This document shows, piece by piece, positions 9,743 through 19,395 of a stretch of 64,000 nt of DNA. Under the pieces are notes generated by a model. The model saw only the letters and a program-made list of their open reading frames with translations. It made no database searches and was not told the origin of the DNA. Source of the DNA: an uncultured Candidatus Peribacteria bacterium (GTDB taxonomy: Bacteria; Patescibacteriota; Gracilibacteria; Peribacterales; Peribacteraceae); assembly GCA_964553135.1 (NCBI GenBank), contig CAZKJL010000002.1:124224-188223 (forward strand). The letters run 5' to 3'. How positions within the stretch are numbered: the first letter of the stretch is position 1; each line of letters starts with the position of its first letter. Made by a program: the position numbers and the translations under genes.

Positions 9743-9847
9743 ATGAAGACCCGCGTCGCAGCTCTTCGGCTCAAGTCTCCCGTATTCACGACGGCCGCCG
9801 CCGCTGCATTCGCTGCGTTTGCCTTCGCCTACTTTTTCTTCGCCTAA
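9743..9847 (+). CDS. Candidate Phe/Tyr-rich leader peptide (34 aa)
   Basis: Own translation is MKTRVAALRLKSPVFTTAAAAAFAAFAFAYFFFA*. Six Phe and one Tyr fall in the last 12 codons. It lies 195 nt upstream of aroF and is below the ORF-track size cut-off. Confidence 0.5.
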   Translation: MKTRVAALRLKSPVFTTAAAAAFAAFAFAYFFFA

Positions 9848-9853
9848 ATCTCA

Positions 9854-10040
9854 TCTCTCCTAGGACACGCACGCATCCCTACGAGAGACGGGGAGGCGGA
9901 ATTTCCGCTGCGCGGAGTGAAAAGAGAAAGGTGAGCAGTGAAAAACCATTCTTTCACTCGATGTAAGCCGCACTCATCCGTTCTCATCATTCCCAATCCT
10001 TCGCACTTTTCACTTTTATCTTTCCACTTTCCACTCCCCT
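9854..10040 (+). promoter_or_regulatory. Structured 5' leader of aroF with mutually exclusive pairings
   Basis: A hairpin TCTCTCcTAGG/CCTAcGAGAGA (9854-9888) lies just after the leader stop. GAGTGAAAAGA (9914-9924) can pair with TCTTTCACTC (9949-9958). Alternatively it can pair with CTTTTCACT / CCACTCC (10004-10040), which abuts the aroF ATG. Confidence 0.4.
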
Positions 10041-10041
10041 T

Positions 10042-11061
10042 ATGCTCATCGTTCTCCGTGAAAAGAACAACAAAGCGCTTCTCGACGAGGTGCAGGGACT
10101 CCTCCAAACCAAGTTTGGGTGCCCATCGCACGTCATCGGAGAGAATAAGCGCGTGCTCGCCGTCACCGGCGATACGTCCGTCGTGGATGTCGCCCAGATC
10201 AAAAGCATCGAGGGCGTGAAGTCCGTCGACCGCGTGGACAGGCCGTACAAACTCGCCTCACGCGAGAAGAAGAATCGCACCCTCATCACGGTCTCCAAAG
10301 ACTGCGTCATCGGCGATCCGACCTCGGTCGTCATCATCGCGGGTCCCTGCTCCATCGATTCCGAAGGACAGCTCGATGAAACGGCGGCGATGGCCAAGGA
10401 AAAAGGAGTGAAGATCCTCCGCGGCGGTGCGTACAAGCCGCGCACGGGACCGTACTCGTTCCAAGGCAAAGGCAATGAAGGGCTCGCTCTGCTCAAGAAA
10501 GCGGGAGAGAAGTACGGCATGCAGACCATTTCCGAAATCATGAAGGCAGAAGATCTCCCTGCATTCGAGGACACCGTGGACATGCTCCAGATCGGAGCGA
10601 GGAACATGCAGAACTACGAACTCCTCAAAGCGGTCTCCAAATCCAAGAAGCCCGTGATGCTCAAGCGCGGACTTGCCGCCACGCTCGAGGAGTGGCTCCT
10701 TGCCGCCGAGTACTTGCTCGCGGGCGGTAACCAAAACGTCATGCTCTGCGAGCGCGGCATCCGCACGTTCGAGGAAGAAGTGCGCTTCACGCTCTGTCTC
10801 GGCTCCGTGCCCGCACTCCGCGAGCTCACGCACCTTCCCATCATCGTGGACCCCAGCCATGCCATGGGCAAAATGCGTTGGGTGAAAGACGCAGCACTCG
10901 GTGGAGTCGCCGTCGGCGCCGACGGACTCATCATCGAGATTCATCCGCGTCCCTCCGAGAGCGCGTGTGACAGCGCCCAGCTCCTCGATCATGAACACTG
11001 GTCCGACTGTATGGACGGCATCACGAAGGTCGCAGCCGCACTCGGTAAGAAGGTCGTCTAA
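10042..11061 (+). CDS. aroF: 3-deoxy-7-phosphoheptulonate (DAHP) synthase, type I-beta, with an N-terminal regulatory domain
   Basis: 339 aa. The core motif is RGGAYKPRTGPYSFQG, preceded by a ferredoxin-like N-terminal extension of about 80 aa. Confidence 0.9.
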   Translation: MLIVLREKNNKALLDEVQGLLQTKFGCPSHVIGENKRVLAVTGDTSVVDVAQIKSIEGVKSVDRVDRPYKLASREKKNRTLITVSKDCVIGDPTSVVIIAGPCSIDSEGQLDETAAMAKEKGVKILRGGAYKPRTGPYSFQGKGNEGLALLKKAGEKYGMQTISEIMKAEDLPAFEDTVDMLQIGARNMQNYELLKAVSKSKKPVMLKRGLAATLEEWLLAAEYLLAGGNQNVMLCERGIRTFEEEVRFTLCLGSVPALRELTHLPIIVDPSHAMGKMRWVKDAALGGVAVGADGLIIEIHPRPSESACDSAQLLDHEHWSDCMDGITKVAAALGKKVV

Positions 11062-11088
11062 TCCTTTCCACAGGCCTACAATCACGTC

Positions 11089-12135
11089 ATGCAGACCCTC
11101 ACGCTCACAGCTCCGGCTCACGCACCGCGCGCCACATCCATCGTCATCGGCAAGGACACGCTCACGGCACTCCCGAAGATCCTCAAGGACCTGAAGGCCG
11201 ATCGTGTCGCCGTACTCTTCGATGCCGGCATCAAGACGATCGCCGACGGCATCATCAAGAATCTCGGACCCAACGTCATTCCCGTCGCCGTCGCCTCGGG
11301 TGATGCATCGAAGTCGCTGGCAGAAGTGGAAAAGATCGTGAAAAAGCTACTCGATGCGGGAGCCACGAGAAAGACAGTATTTGTCTGCATCGGCGGAGGC
11401 ATGCTCACCGATCTCGGCGGATTTGCCGCAAGTATCTTCATGCGAGGCGTTCCGTGCGTGCTCGTCCCGACCACGATGCTCGGAGCCGTCGATGCGGCCA
11501 TCGGAGGCAAAACGGCAGTGAACTCCGGGGGTCGAAAAAATATGATCGGCACCATCGCACAGCCCCATGCGGTCGTCATCGATATGAAGCTCCTGCTTGC
11601 TCTTCCTGAGGCACAACTCAAAGAAGGACTCGTCGAAGTCATCAAGATCGCCGCCATCGTGGACTTGCCGTTCTTCGAGTGGCTGGAAGACAACATCATG
11701 GCTGTTCTCAAGCGTGACGACGAAGCGTGTTTCGAATGCGTGTCGCGTGCCGTGGAAGCCAAAGTAAAAATCGTCGAGGCCGATGAGCATGATCGCGAAG
11801 AGCGTTTGCTCCTCAACTTCGGCCACACCGTCGGTCACGCCGTGGAGGCGCTCTCGAACTACGAGATGGCGCACGGTACGGCGGTCGGCATCGGTATGCG
11901 CGCCGAAATGGCGCTTGCGAAGTTCAAGGATGCCAGGCGCGTTTCGGCGCTTCTCGATCTGCTCGGACTTCCGTCGAATATTCCCGCATCGATGAAGCCC
12001 GCAGCCCTGTGGCAAGCCATGCAGTCGGATAAGAAGAACGAAGGCGGCGAGGTCCGTGTCGCGGTGCCCACGCACATCGGCGAAGGGTCGGTGCATGCCG
12101 TCACCGAGAAAGATTTTCTGAAACTCTTTTCATGA
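11089..12135 (+). CDS. aroB: 3-dehydroquinate synthase
   Basis: 348 aa with typical motifs (GGGMLTDLGGFAA, LNFGHTVGHAVE). Confidence 0.9.
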   Translation: MQTLTLTAPAHAPRATSIVIGKDTLTALPKILKDLKADRVAVLFDAGIKTIADGIIKNLGPNVIPVAVASGDASKSLAEVEKIVKKLLDAGATRKTVFVCIGGGMLTDLGGFAASIFMRGVPCVLVPTTMLGAVDAAIGGKTAVNSGGRKNMIGTIAQPHAVVIDMKLLLALPEAQLKEGLVEVIKIAAIVDLPFFEWLEDNIMAVLKRDDEACFECVSRAVEAKVKIVEADEHDREERLLLNFGHTVGHAVEALSNYEMAHGTAVGIGMRAEMALAKFKDARRVSALLDLLGLPSNIPASMKPAALWQAMQSDKKNEGGEVRVAVPTHIGEGSVHAVTEKDFLKLFS

Positions 12136-13883
12136 AGACATCCGTTTCCATTCCCGTGCTTCGCATTCCTCTTCAGGCGTCACTCACGCTTCCGGGGTCC
12201 AAGTCGCATGCCAACCGCGCCATCGTGTGTGCCGTGCTTGCCAAGGGAACGACGGTGATTCATGGCGCCACCCCGTGCGACGACGTTGCGGTGATGGTGG
12301 AGAATCTGGGGAAGCTCGGGTTCGATGTGTCGTGGATCGACAAAGAAAAAGGTGAACTTCGGATCAACGGCGGTATTCCCGCAAAGGCAGGGAAGGGGAC
12401 GCTCGATTGTCACAACGCGGGAACCACGCTTCGGTTCTTGGTATCGCTCGCGTGCATCGTTCCCGGCGAATGGACCATTACCGGTGACGACCACATGAAG
12501 AAACGTCCCATCGCGGATCTGACGACGGCACTCAAGAGTCTCGGTGCCGATATCCGCGATACCGACGGATGTCCGCCGATTCATATCCGCGGAGGAACGC
12601 TCAAAGGAGGTGAGGTCACGCTGGATGCCAGTATCAGCAGCCAGTTTCTCTCGTCGCTTCTCTTGATCGCTCCGATGCTGGAGAACGGTTTGTCCGTTAC
12701 CGTCGCAAGCACCCTTGCGTCATCCGGATACATCGAACTCACAAAGAAGACGATGAAGGATTTCGGCATTCAGATATCACAAAAATCGAATACATTTATT
12801 GTACAATCAGGAACATACGATTCGAAATCGACCTACGACATCGAAGGGGATTGGAGTGCCGCGGGTGCATGGCTCGTGCTCCGTGAACTCACGGGCAGCA
12901 TGATCACGTTCCCGAACCTTCGTCCCGATTCCACGCAGTCCGATCGCGCCCTTCCGTCCGTTCTCGGAACGCTTCGCACGTCCGGCGACATCGTCATCGA
13001 TGCCGCACAAATCCCGGACCAAGTCATGAATCTCGCGGTACTCGCTTCGCGTCGCAGCGGATCGATGACCGTCACGAACGCGGCGAATCTGCGCCGCAAA
13101 GAATGCGATCGTCTCGCGGTCATCACGTCCGAACTTTCCAAAGCGGGCGTGCGCATCGCCGAAACAGCCGACGGCATCGTGGTGCACGGTTCAAAAGCGG
13201 AGGGCGCGACGAAAGCCGTCACGCTCGATCCGCACGATGACCACCGCATGGCGATGTGCTTCGCCGTTCTCGGACTTCTCCGAGGCAACGTGAGCATCTC
13301 CAATCCCGACTGCGTGGGAAAAAGTTACCCCGCGTTCTTCCGTGACCTCGAAGAACTCTTGAAGTCCACGCGTCCCGTCACCGTCATCGGCATGCGCGGC
13401 GTCGGGAAGTCGAGTATGGGCAAGAGATTGGCTTCCAAGCTCAAGCTCAAGCACATCGATACCGACAAGCTGTTCGAAAAAAAACACGGGCCCATTCGTC
13501 CGTTCGTCGCCGAGAAAGGTTGGCCCGCATTCCGTGCCGCCGAAGAAGAAGTGTTGGCCGAGGCGCTGTTGCCCGGACGCATCGTTTCGCTCGGCGGAGG
13601 CGCGCTCATTTCCGAGAAGTCGCGCAAGCTCGTCCGCGACCGTTCCATCGTCGTGTGGCTCAAGGCATCCGAGACGGAACTCGTGAAGAGGCTCGGGAAT
13701 GAAAAGCGTCCCTCTCTCACGGATCTGCCGCTGCATGAAGAAGTGAAGAAGCTCGTTGCCGAGCGCACGCCGCACTACAGGGAGGCCGCGCACATCGAGG
13801 TCGGTGAGAAGCTGCGGTTCTCCGAGCACACTGCGCACATCATCCGCGAACTTACGCGCATCACCCGTTCTCCGCGTTCATGA
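12132..13883 (+). CDS. aroA: Fused EPSP synthase / shikimate kinase
   Basis: 583 aa. The N-terminal ~425 aa are EPSP synthase (LPGSKSHANRA, DHRMAMCFAVL). The C-terminal ~150 aa carry the shikimate-kinase P-loop VIGMRGVGKSSMGKRLA. ATGA overlaps occur at both ends. Confidence 0.88.
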   Translation: MKTSVSIPVLRIPLQASLTLPGSKSHANRAIVCAVLAKGTTVIHGATPCDDVAVMVENLGKLGFDVSWIDKEKGELRINGGIPAKAGKGTLDCHNAGTTLRFLVSLACIVPGEWTITGDDHMKKRPIADLTTALKSLGADIRDTDGCPPIHIRGGTLKGGEVTLDASISSQFLSSLLLIAPMLENGLSVTVASTLASSGYIELTKKTMKDFGIQISQKSNTFIVQSGTYDSKSTYDIEGDWSAAGAWLVLRELTGSMITFPNLRPDSTQSDRALPSVLGTLRTSGDIVIDAAQIPDQVMNLAVLASRRSGSMTVTNAANLRRKECDRLAVITSELSKAGVRIAETADGIVVHGSKAEGATKAVTLDPHDDHRMAMCFAVLGLLRGNVSISNPDCVGKSYPAFFRDLEELLKSTRPVTVIGMRGVGKSSMGKRLASKLKLKHIDTDKLFEKKHGPIRPFVAEKGWPAFRAAEEEVLAEALLPGRIVSLGGGALISEKSRKLVRDRSIVVWLKASETELVKRLGNEKRPSLTDLPLHEEVKKLVAERTPHYREAAHIEVGEKLRFSEHTAHIIRELTRITRSPRS

Positions 13884-15274
13884 TCATCGTCACGCTCCCG
13901 ACATCGGCACAGAAAGATCCGCGGACCTTCGCACGCGACGCGCGCAAGGCCGAGGTCGATGTGCTCGAAATCCGAGGCGACCTGACGCCCGCGCTTTCTG
14001 CGTTCGAATCACCGCTTCCCATCCTCTTTTCTCCCCGTGGCAAAGGCCTGAAACTTGCCGAGAGGCTCTCACCGGCGTACATCGATCTTGATCTCGCGGA
14101 ACTCGCACTGCGTCAAAACATGCCCGAAGGCGCCAAGCTCATCGCCAGTTTTCACGATCACAAGGGAACGCCCGACCTCAAGAAGTTGAAAGGAGTCTTG
14201 GACAAACTCTGCGCCGTTCGTCCGTGGGCCGTCAAAATCGCCGTTACGGTCAATTCGTGCGACGATTTGCTGATACTCGAGGCGCTCCGTGCATACGCCT
14301 CGCATCCACGTACGACGATTCTCGGCATGGGGCCTGCCGCGCACCTGATCCGCGTGCTCTCGCCGCTCAACAACCATCTCACGTACGCCGCACTCGGTAC
14401 GGAAGCTTCGGCCCCCGGGCAGCTGACGGTCGCGTTTTACAAGCTCCTCAAGAATCGCACGAAGCCCAAGCTGTACGGCATTCTCGGCGGTCCGCAGATC
14501 ACCGCATCGCTCAGTCCCCTCATTCACAATGCGCTCTTCCTGAAGCACGGCATCGATGCGCTCTACTCATGCTTCCCGTCGACCGATTTCACGGCTTCCA
14601 TCAAGGCTCTCGAGCAACTGGGTCTCGCGGGACTTTCCGTCACGGCTCCCTTCAAGCGCGATGCGTTCGAGTTCGCACGTACGAACGATGCGGTGGCGAC
14701 GTCGCTCGGGGTCACGAACACGCTCGTGAAGTCGGGCAAGAGTTGGAACGGTTTCAATACCGACATCGTCGGCATCGAAAAGGGTTACCCGCTCATCGCC
14801 AAGGCCGCGAAGATCGCCGTGCTCGGTGCGGGTGGAGCCGTGCCTTCCGTCATCTCCGCCGTTCGGAGCGTGAACGCCAAGGCCGAGATCGGCGTCTACG
14901 TTCGCGATATCAAGAAAGCCGCTGAGTCACTCGGTGTCTCGGGTTTCACGATTCAGCCGCTTGAGAGCATCAAGAAAGCATCTGCCGATCTTGTGATCTG
15001 CGCCGTGTCCGAGGATGTTCGATTGCCGCTACCGAAGTCCGTGGGCACGTCGGCCGCAGCCATCGATTTACGCTACGGGAAGGCCACGAACTTCATCAAA
15101 GATGCACGAAGCCAAGGGTTTCACGTCCACGACGGCACCGCGATGCTCATTCACCAAGCACTCAAACAATTCGAACATTTCACGGGCAAGAAATCGGCGC
15201 CCGACGATGCCGCGCACCTGGCCAAAGTCATCGCTTCATTCACTCCCAAAATCCGTTCATCTTTCCACCTCTGA
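13880..15274 (+). CDS. aroDE: Fused type I 3-dehydroquinate dehydratase / shikimate 5-dehydrogenase
   Basis: 464 aa. The N-terminal ~185 aa resemble AroD type I (VLEIRGD, ASFHDHKGTP, AVKIAV). The C-terminal part is AroE (KLYGILGGPQITASLSPLIHN, LGAGGA). Confidence 0.85.
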   Translation: MIIVTLPTSAQKDPRTFARDARKAEVDVLEIRGDLTPALSAFESPLPILFSPRGKGLKLAERLSPAYIDLDLAELALRQNMPEGAKLIASFHDHKGTPDLKKLKGVLDKLCAVRPWAVKIAVTVNSCDDLLILEALRAYASHPRTTILGMGPAAHLIRVLSPLNNHLTYAALGTEASAPGQLTVAFYKLLKNRTKPKLYGILGGPQITASLSPLIHNALFLKHGIDALYSCFPSTDFTASIKALEQLGLAGLSVTAPFKRDAFEFARTNDAVATSLGVTNTLVKSGKSWNGFNTDIVGIEKGYPLIAKAAKIAVLGAGGAVPSVISAVRSVNAKAEIGVYVRDIKKAAESLGVSGFTIQPLESIKKASADLVICAVSEDVRLPLPKSVGTSAAAIDLRYGKATNFIKDARSQGFHVHDGTAMLIHQALKQFEHFTGKKSAPDDAAHLAKVIASFTPKIRSSFHL

Positions 15275-15276
15275 GT

Positions 15277-16269
15277 ATGGCTTCAAATTCCTTCGGTTCA
15301 CTGCTCCGCATCACCACGTTCGGTGAGTCGCATGGCCCCGCGCTCGGCGTCGTGATCGACGGTTGCCCCGCCGGCATTCCGCTCGGCATCGAAGATCTTC
15401 TTCCCGAGCTTGAGCGCCGTCGTCCCGGTCAAAGTGCGGTCACGACTCCGCGCAACGAAGCCGATGCGCCCACGATTCTCTCGGGCGTTTTCGAGGGAAA
15501 GACCACGGGCATGCCCATCACCGTGACGGTCCAGAACAAAGATCAGAAGAGCGCCGACTACGACAAACTCAAGGATGTGATGCGCGTCGGTCACGCCGAT
15601 GCCACGTTCCAAAGCAAGTACGGTCACCGCGATCACCGCGGCGGCGGACGTCAGTCCGGGCGCGAAACGGTGTCCCGTGTCATTGCCGGAGTCATCGCCA
15701 GAAAAATCTTGCCGAAGAGCACCAAGATCATCGGCCACACCGTCAAAATCGGGGCTCTGGAAGCCAAAGTCTTCAAGCCTGAGACCATCGAGAAGAACCC
15801 CGTTCGTTGCGCCGATCCTGCCATGGCCAAGAAGATGGAAGCCTACATTTTGGAATGCAAAGCCGCTGCCGACTCCACGGGCGGACTCATTCAGATCCGC
15901 ATCCAAAAGCCTCCGAAGGATTTGGGCGACCCCGTGTTTGAGAAACTCAAGTCACGTCTCGCGAACGCCGTCATGACCATCGGCGCCGTCACCGGATTTT
16001 CGTACGGTGCCGGATTCAAGACCGCCGAGATGCGCGGCAGCGAATACGCCGCGAATCCGGAGAATTTCGGCGGACTGCTCGGTGGCATTTCCACGGGGGA
16101 CGACATCATTCTCACCGTGAGCATCAAGCCGTCCTCGTCCGTCGGCCAAGTCGCCAAGGAAGGCCGCCACGATCCGTGCATCGTTCCCCGCGTCATTCCC
16201 GTTCTCGAGGCCATGGTCGCACTCGTTCTGGCCGATTCATTACTTCTCCAGCGCGCCTACGCCCGCTGA
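15277..16269 (+). CDS. aroC: Chorismate synthase
   Basis: 330 aa: FGSLLRITTFGESHGPALGVVIDGCPAG, GRHDPCIVPR. Confidence 0.93.
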   Translation: MASNSFGSLLRITTFGESHGPALGVVIDGCPAGIPLGIEDLLPELERRRPGQSAVTTPRNEADAPTILSGVFEGKTTGMPITVTVQNKDQKSADYDKLKDVMRVGHADATFQSKYGHRDHRGGGRQSGRETVSRVIAGVIARKILPKSTKIIGHTVKIGALEAKVFKPETIEKNPVRCADPAMAKKMEAYILECKAAADSTGGLIQIRIQKPPKDLGDPVFEKLKSRLANAVMTIGAVTGFSYGAGFKTAEMRGSEYAANPENFGGLLGGISTGDDIILTVSIKPSSSVGQVAKEGRHDPCIVPRVIPVLEAMVALVLADSLLLQRAYAR

Positions 16270-16283
16270 TTTCTTTTCTCTCT

Positions 16284-16553
16284 ATGACATCACTCACCAT
16301 GCAAGAAATTCGAAAGGCCATCGATGACGCCGACGAGATTTTGCTCCGCGCACTCGCCACACGTTTCCGTGCCGTCGCGCACATGAAGGAACTCAAGCGC
16401 GACGCGCAGATGCAGATCGAAAGTTCCTCGCGCGAGACCGAACTCAAGGCGCTCTGGAAAAAGCGCGCCAAAACGCTCGGTGTCTCCGAAGAACTGGCGC
16501 TCCTCATCCTCGATTTCATTCTATCCGAGAGCAAACGCGTCCAAGGATCATGA
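16284..16553 (+). CDS. Chorismate mutase (AroQ class)
   Basis: 89 aa from MTSLTMQEIRKAIDDADEILLRALATRF..., a helical AroQ-like sequence. I chose this internal start because the ORF-track start overlaps aroC. Confidence 0.8.
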   Translation: MTSLTMQEIRKAIDDADEILLRALATRFRAVAHMKELKRDAQMQIESSSRETELKALWKKRAKTLGVSEELALLILDFILSESKRVQGS

Positions 16554-17398
16554 AGATCACCTCACGACACATCGTCGGCATCATCGGCGGGAAAGGCCGT
16601 ACCGGCAGGCAGTTTTCGGCTCTGCTTAGGGCTCTCGGGCACCGCGTGCTTGTCTCGGATATCGGCTCAGCACTCAAAACATCCGATCTCCTCAAAGCTG
16701 CCGACATCGTGCTCTTCGCCGTCCCGCTCTCCGATGCGGCGGACATCATTCGTACCGAGGTCATCAAGGCAAAGCGCAAGGATCAGCTTATCCTGGATGT
16801 CAGTTCGCTCAAATCGAACGAAGTGAAAGCGATGCTCCGCGGAAGAGGGGAAGTCATCGGCATGCACCCGCTCTTCGGTCCGAGTACGGAACCGAAAGGC
16901 GAGACCATCGTCCTTTGTCCGGCGCGCGCATCCAAAGAGACGGTCGTGTCACTCACGGGACTGCTGAAGAAAGCGGGCCTCAAGACCGTCGTCATGACGC
17001 CGCAGGAACACGACAAGCTCATGTCGGTCGTGCAGGTCATTCCGCACCTCAAGAGTTTCCTGATGGCGGACACCATGCGCGACCTCGGCGTCGATCTCAC
17101 GAAAGTTCTCAAGACCTGCACACCGACCTACGAACTGGAGTTCAACGTCATCGGCAGATTCCTCGATGACCACGCGGGGCTCTACATGCCCATCATTTTC
17201 CGGAATCCCGAGACGACGAAGATTCTGAAATCTCTTCGCAAGCGCATCGACGAATACATCGTTCTCGCCGAACGCAAAGATATCTCCGGCGCAGAGAAGC
17301 GTTACGCCAGGTCCAAGAAATTCTTCGCACCGCATCTCAACATCGCTCGCGCACACAGCGAAGCCTGCATCCGTACGCTTCTTTCCCTCTCACGATGA
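16550..17398 (+). CDS. tyrA: Prephenate dehydrogenase
   Basis: 282 aa with the Rossmann N-terminus VGIIGGKGRTGRQF and a PDH-like core. ATGA overlaps both neighbours. Confidence 0.85.
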   Translation: MKITSRHIVGIIGGKGRTGRQFSALLRALGHRVLVSDIGSALKTSDLLKAADIVLFAVPLSDAADIIRTEVIKAKRKDQLILDVSSLKSNEVKAMLRGRGEVIGMHPLFGPSTEPKGETIVLCPARASKETVVSLTGLLKKAGLKTVVMTPQEHDKLMSVVQVIPHLKSFLMADTMRDLGVDLTKVLKTCTPTYELEFNVIGRFLDDHAGLYMPIIFRNPETTKILKSLRKRIDEYIVLAERKDISGAEKRYARSKKFFAPHLNIARAHSEACIRTLLSLSR

Positions 17399-18180
17399 TC
17401 CGCACACTCGGACCCGCCGGCACGTTCTCCCACGAAGCGTGTGAGAAAATATTTCCGGGCAAACCCGTCACCTTCGAGCCGAATTTCGATGCTCTGTTTG
17501 AGTTTTTGTCTGCGCATCCCACGGACATCGGCATTGTGCCCATCGAGAACAGTTTGCACGGATCCATCGATGAAATTTTGGACCTGCTCCGCGAATCCAA
17601 GGTCCGCATTTGGAGCACGGAGGACCTGTCCATCAAGCATGCATTCGGCGCCAAAGAGCCCCGGTCGGTGCGGAAAATCGCCTCTCACTCCCAGGCGCTT
17701 CGACAGTGTCGCAAGTGGCTCAAGGAGAAGTATCCCGAGGCCGAACACCTTTCGGTGAGCAGCACGGCATCGGCCGCCGAACTTACGGCGAAAGATCCGT
17801 CCGTCGGTGCCATCGCATCGGCTGCGGTTCTCAAGAAACACGGGCTCACCGTCATTTCGGAAGACATCGAAGGCGACGGCAACACCACGCGCTTCGCGGT
17901 CGTGTCGGCACAAGACCCCATGCCCGGGAAAAAGCGAACGCACATGATGATCGTCATTCAACCCAAGGTGGATCGCCCGGGACTCCTGCACGACTTGCTC
18001 GTGCCGTTCAAAGTGTACGACCTCAACATGACGCGCATCGAAAGTCGTCCCGCCGGTACCAAGTTCGGCGACTACGTGTTCTTCATCGATTTCCAGGGCA
18101 GCCCCGATGAACCCAAGGCGCTGCAGACGCTCAAAGATTTGCGTTCCATCGCCACGGTCGACGTTCTCGGCCAGTGGTAA
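17395..18180 (+). CDS. pheA: Prephenate dehydratase with a C-terminal ACT domain
   Basis: 261 aa: LGPAGTFSHEA, then the ACT-like region MMIVIQPKVDRPGLLHDLL...TRIESRP. Confidence 0.88.
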   Translation: MIRTLGPAGTFSHEACEKIFPGKPVTFEPNFDALFEFLSAHPTDIGIVPIENSLHGSIDEILDLLRESKVRIWSTEDLSIKHAFGAKEPRSVRKIASHSQALRQCRKWLKEKYPEAEHLSVSSTASAAELTAKDPSVGAIASAAVLKKHGLTVISEDIEGDGNTTRFAVVSAQDPMPGKKRTHMMIVIQPKVDRPGLLHDLLVPFKVYDLNMTRIESRPAGTKFGDYVFFIDFQGSPDEPKALQTLKDLRSIATVDVLGQW

Positions 18181-18200
18181 TTATTTCTTTCCCTCTTTGT

Positions 18201-19367
18201 ATGTCCAGGTCCATGTTCTCCTCTCTACCCGCCGCAAAGCCCGATCCGCTCTTCGCGATCGCGGCCGAGGCGCGGGCGGCGGGACCGACGTGCATCGACG
18301 GGACGCTCGGCGTCTACATGGATGAAGAGGGGAAGCCCCTCATGCTTCCGAGTGTCGGCAAAGCCATGAACGAGCTCGGGAAAACGCTCAAGGATTTCAA
18401 CTGCGCATACCCGCCGCTCACGGGGCTTCCGAGTTATCGTTCGGCCGTCCACAAACTCATCGCCACAGAGTCCGACATCGTCGCGTCCATCGCTTCGACG
18501 GGAGGTACCGGGGCGCTCGCCATCAACCTGCGGCTCATGAGCATGCTTTTGGGCTCCGAGAAGCCAAATATCATTCTTCCGATGCCCGCCTGGGCAAACC
18601 ACATGCCCGTCTGCAAGTGGGCCGGATTCACCGTCATCGAAACGCCGTACTTGGTGAACAAGAAGGCGAGCATCGATGCCATCGCGGACACGATCAAAAC
18701 ACAGAGCGGCAAGTTCGGCATCATGCTCCAGGTCGGGTGTCACAATCCCACGGGTCTCGATCTCGCCGATGCGGATTGGCCTGCGCTCATCAAAATTCTG
18801 CAGACGAAAGAATGCGTGGTGCTCCTGGACTTCGCGTACCAGGGATTCAAGGGCGAGCCCGAAGCCGATGCGGTGGCCATCCGTCTCTGCCGAGAGGCCG
18901 GACTCACGACGCTCGTCACGTGGTCGGCGTCCAAAAACCATTCCATCTACGGACTCCGCACGGGGCTTGCCGCCGCGTTCGTCAATGCCGAGGACGAAAA
19001 GAAAACCGTGGAGGGAACGTACTCCGTCATCTCGCGAGGACTCCATTCCGCTGCTCCCACGTTCGGCCAAGCCGTCGTGGCGCTCACGCAGGAGAAGTAC
19101 CGCACCGAGTGGCTGAAAGATCTCGCCGATGCACGCGCCATGATGAGTAAAAAGAGGAAGCTTCTCATCGACGGACTTCCGCCCTCGTGCACACCCGCAC
19201 TCAGCGGCTACGGCATGTTCGCCATGCTGCCCCTCAGCCCCGAGCAAGTGACGCGCCTCAAGACCCAGCACAACGCGTTCGTACCTCTCGACGGCCGCGT
19301 GAATATCGCCGGCATTCCGCTCAAGCGCATCGGAGAGCTCTGTGAGAAGGTAAAAGCGGTGCTCTAG
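18201..19367 (+). CDS. Aromatic/aspartate aminotransferase (class I, TyrB/AspC-like)
   Basis: DPLFAIAAEA... at the N-terminus and the PLP-lysine motif SASKNHSIYGLRTG. The start is ambiguous (18201 or 18213). Confidence 0.85.
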   Translation: MSRSMFSSLPAAKPDPLFAIAAEARAAGPTCIDGTLGVYMDEEGKPLMLPSVGKAMNELGKTLKDFNCAYPPLTGLPSYRSAVHKLIATESDIVASIASTGGTGALAINLRLMSMLLGSEKPNIILPMPAWANHMPVCKWAGFTVIETPYLVNKKASIDAIADTIKTQSGKFGIMLQVGCHNPTGLDLADADWPALIKILQTKECVVLLDFAYQGFKGEPEADAVAIRLCREAGLTTLVTWSASKNHSIYGLRTGLAAAFVNAEDEKKTVEGTYSVISRGLHSAAPTFGQAVVALTQEKYRTEWLKDLADARAMMSKKRKLLIDGLPPSCTPALSGYGMFAMLPLSPEQVTRLKTQHNAFVPLDGRVNIAGIPLKRIGELCEKVKAVL

Positions 19368-19395
19368 GAGCGGGAATCTGCTACCATGCACCTCT

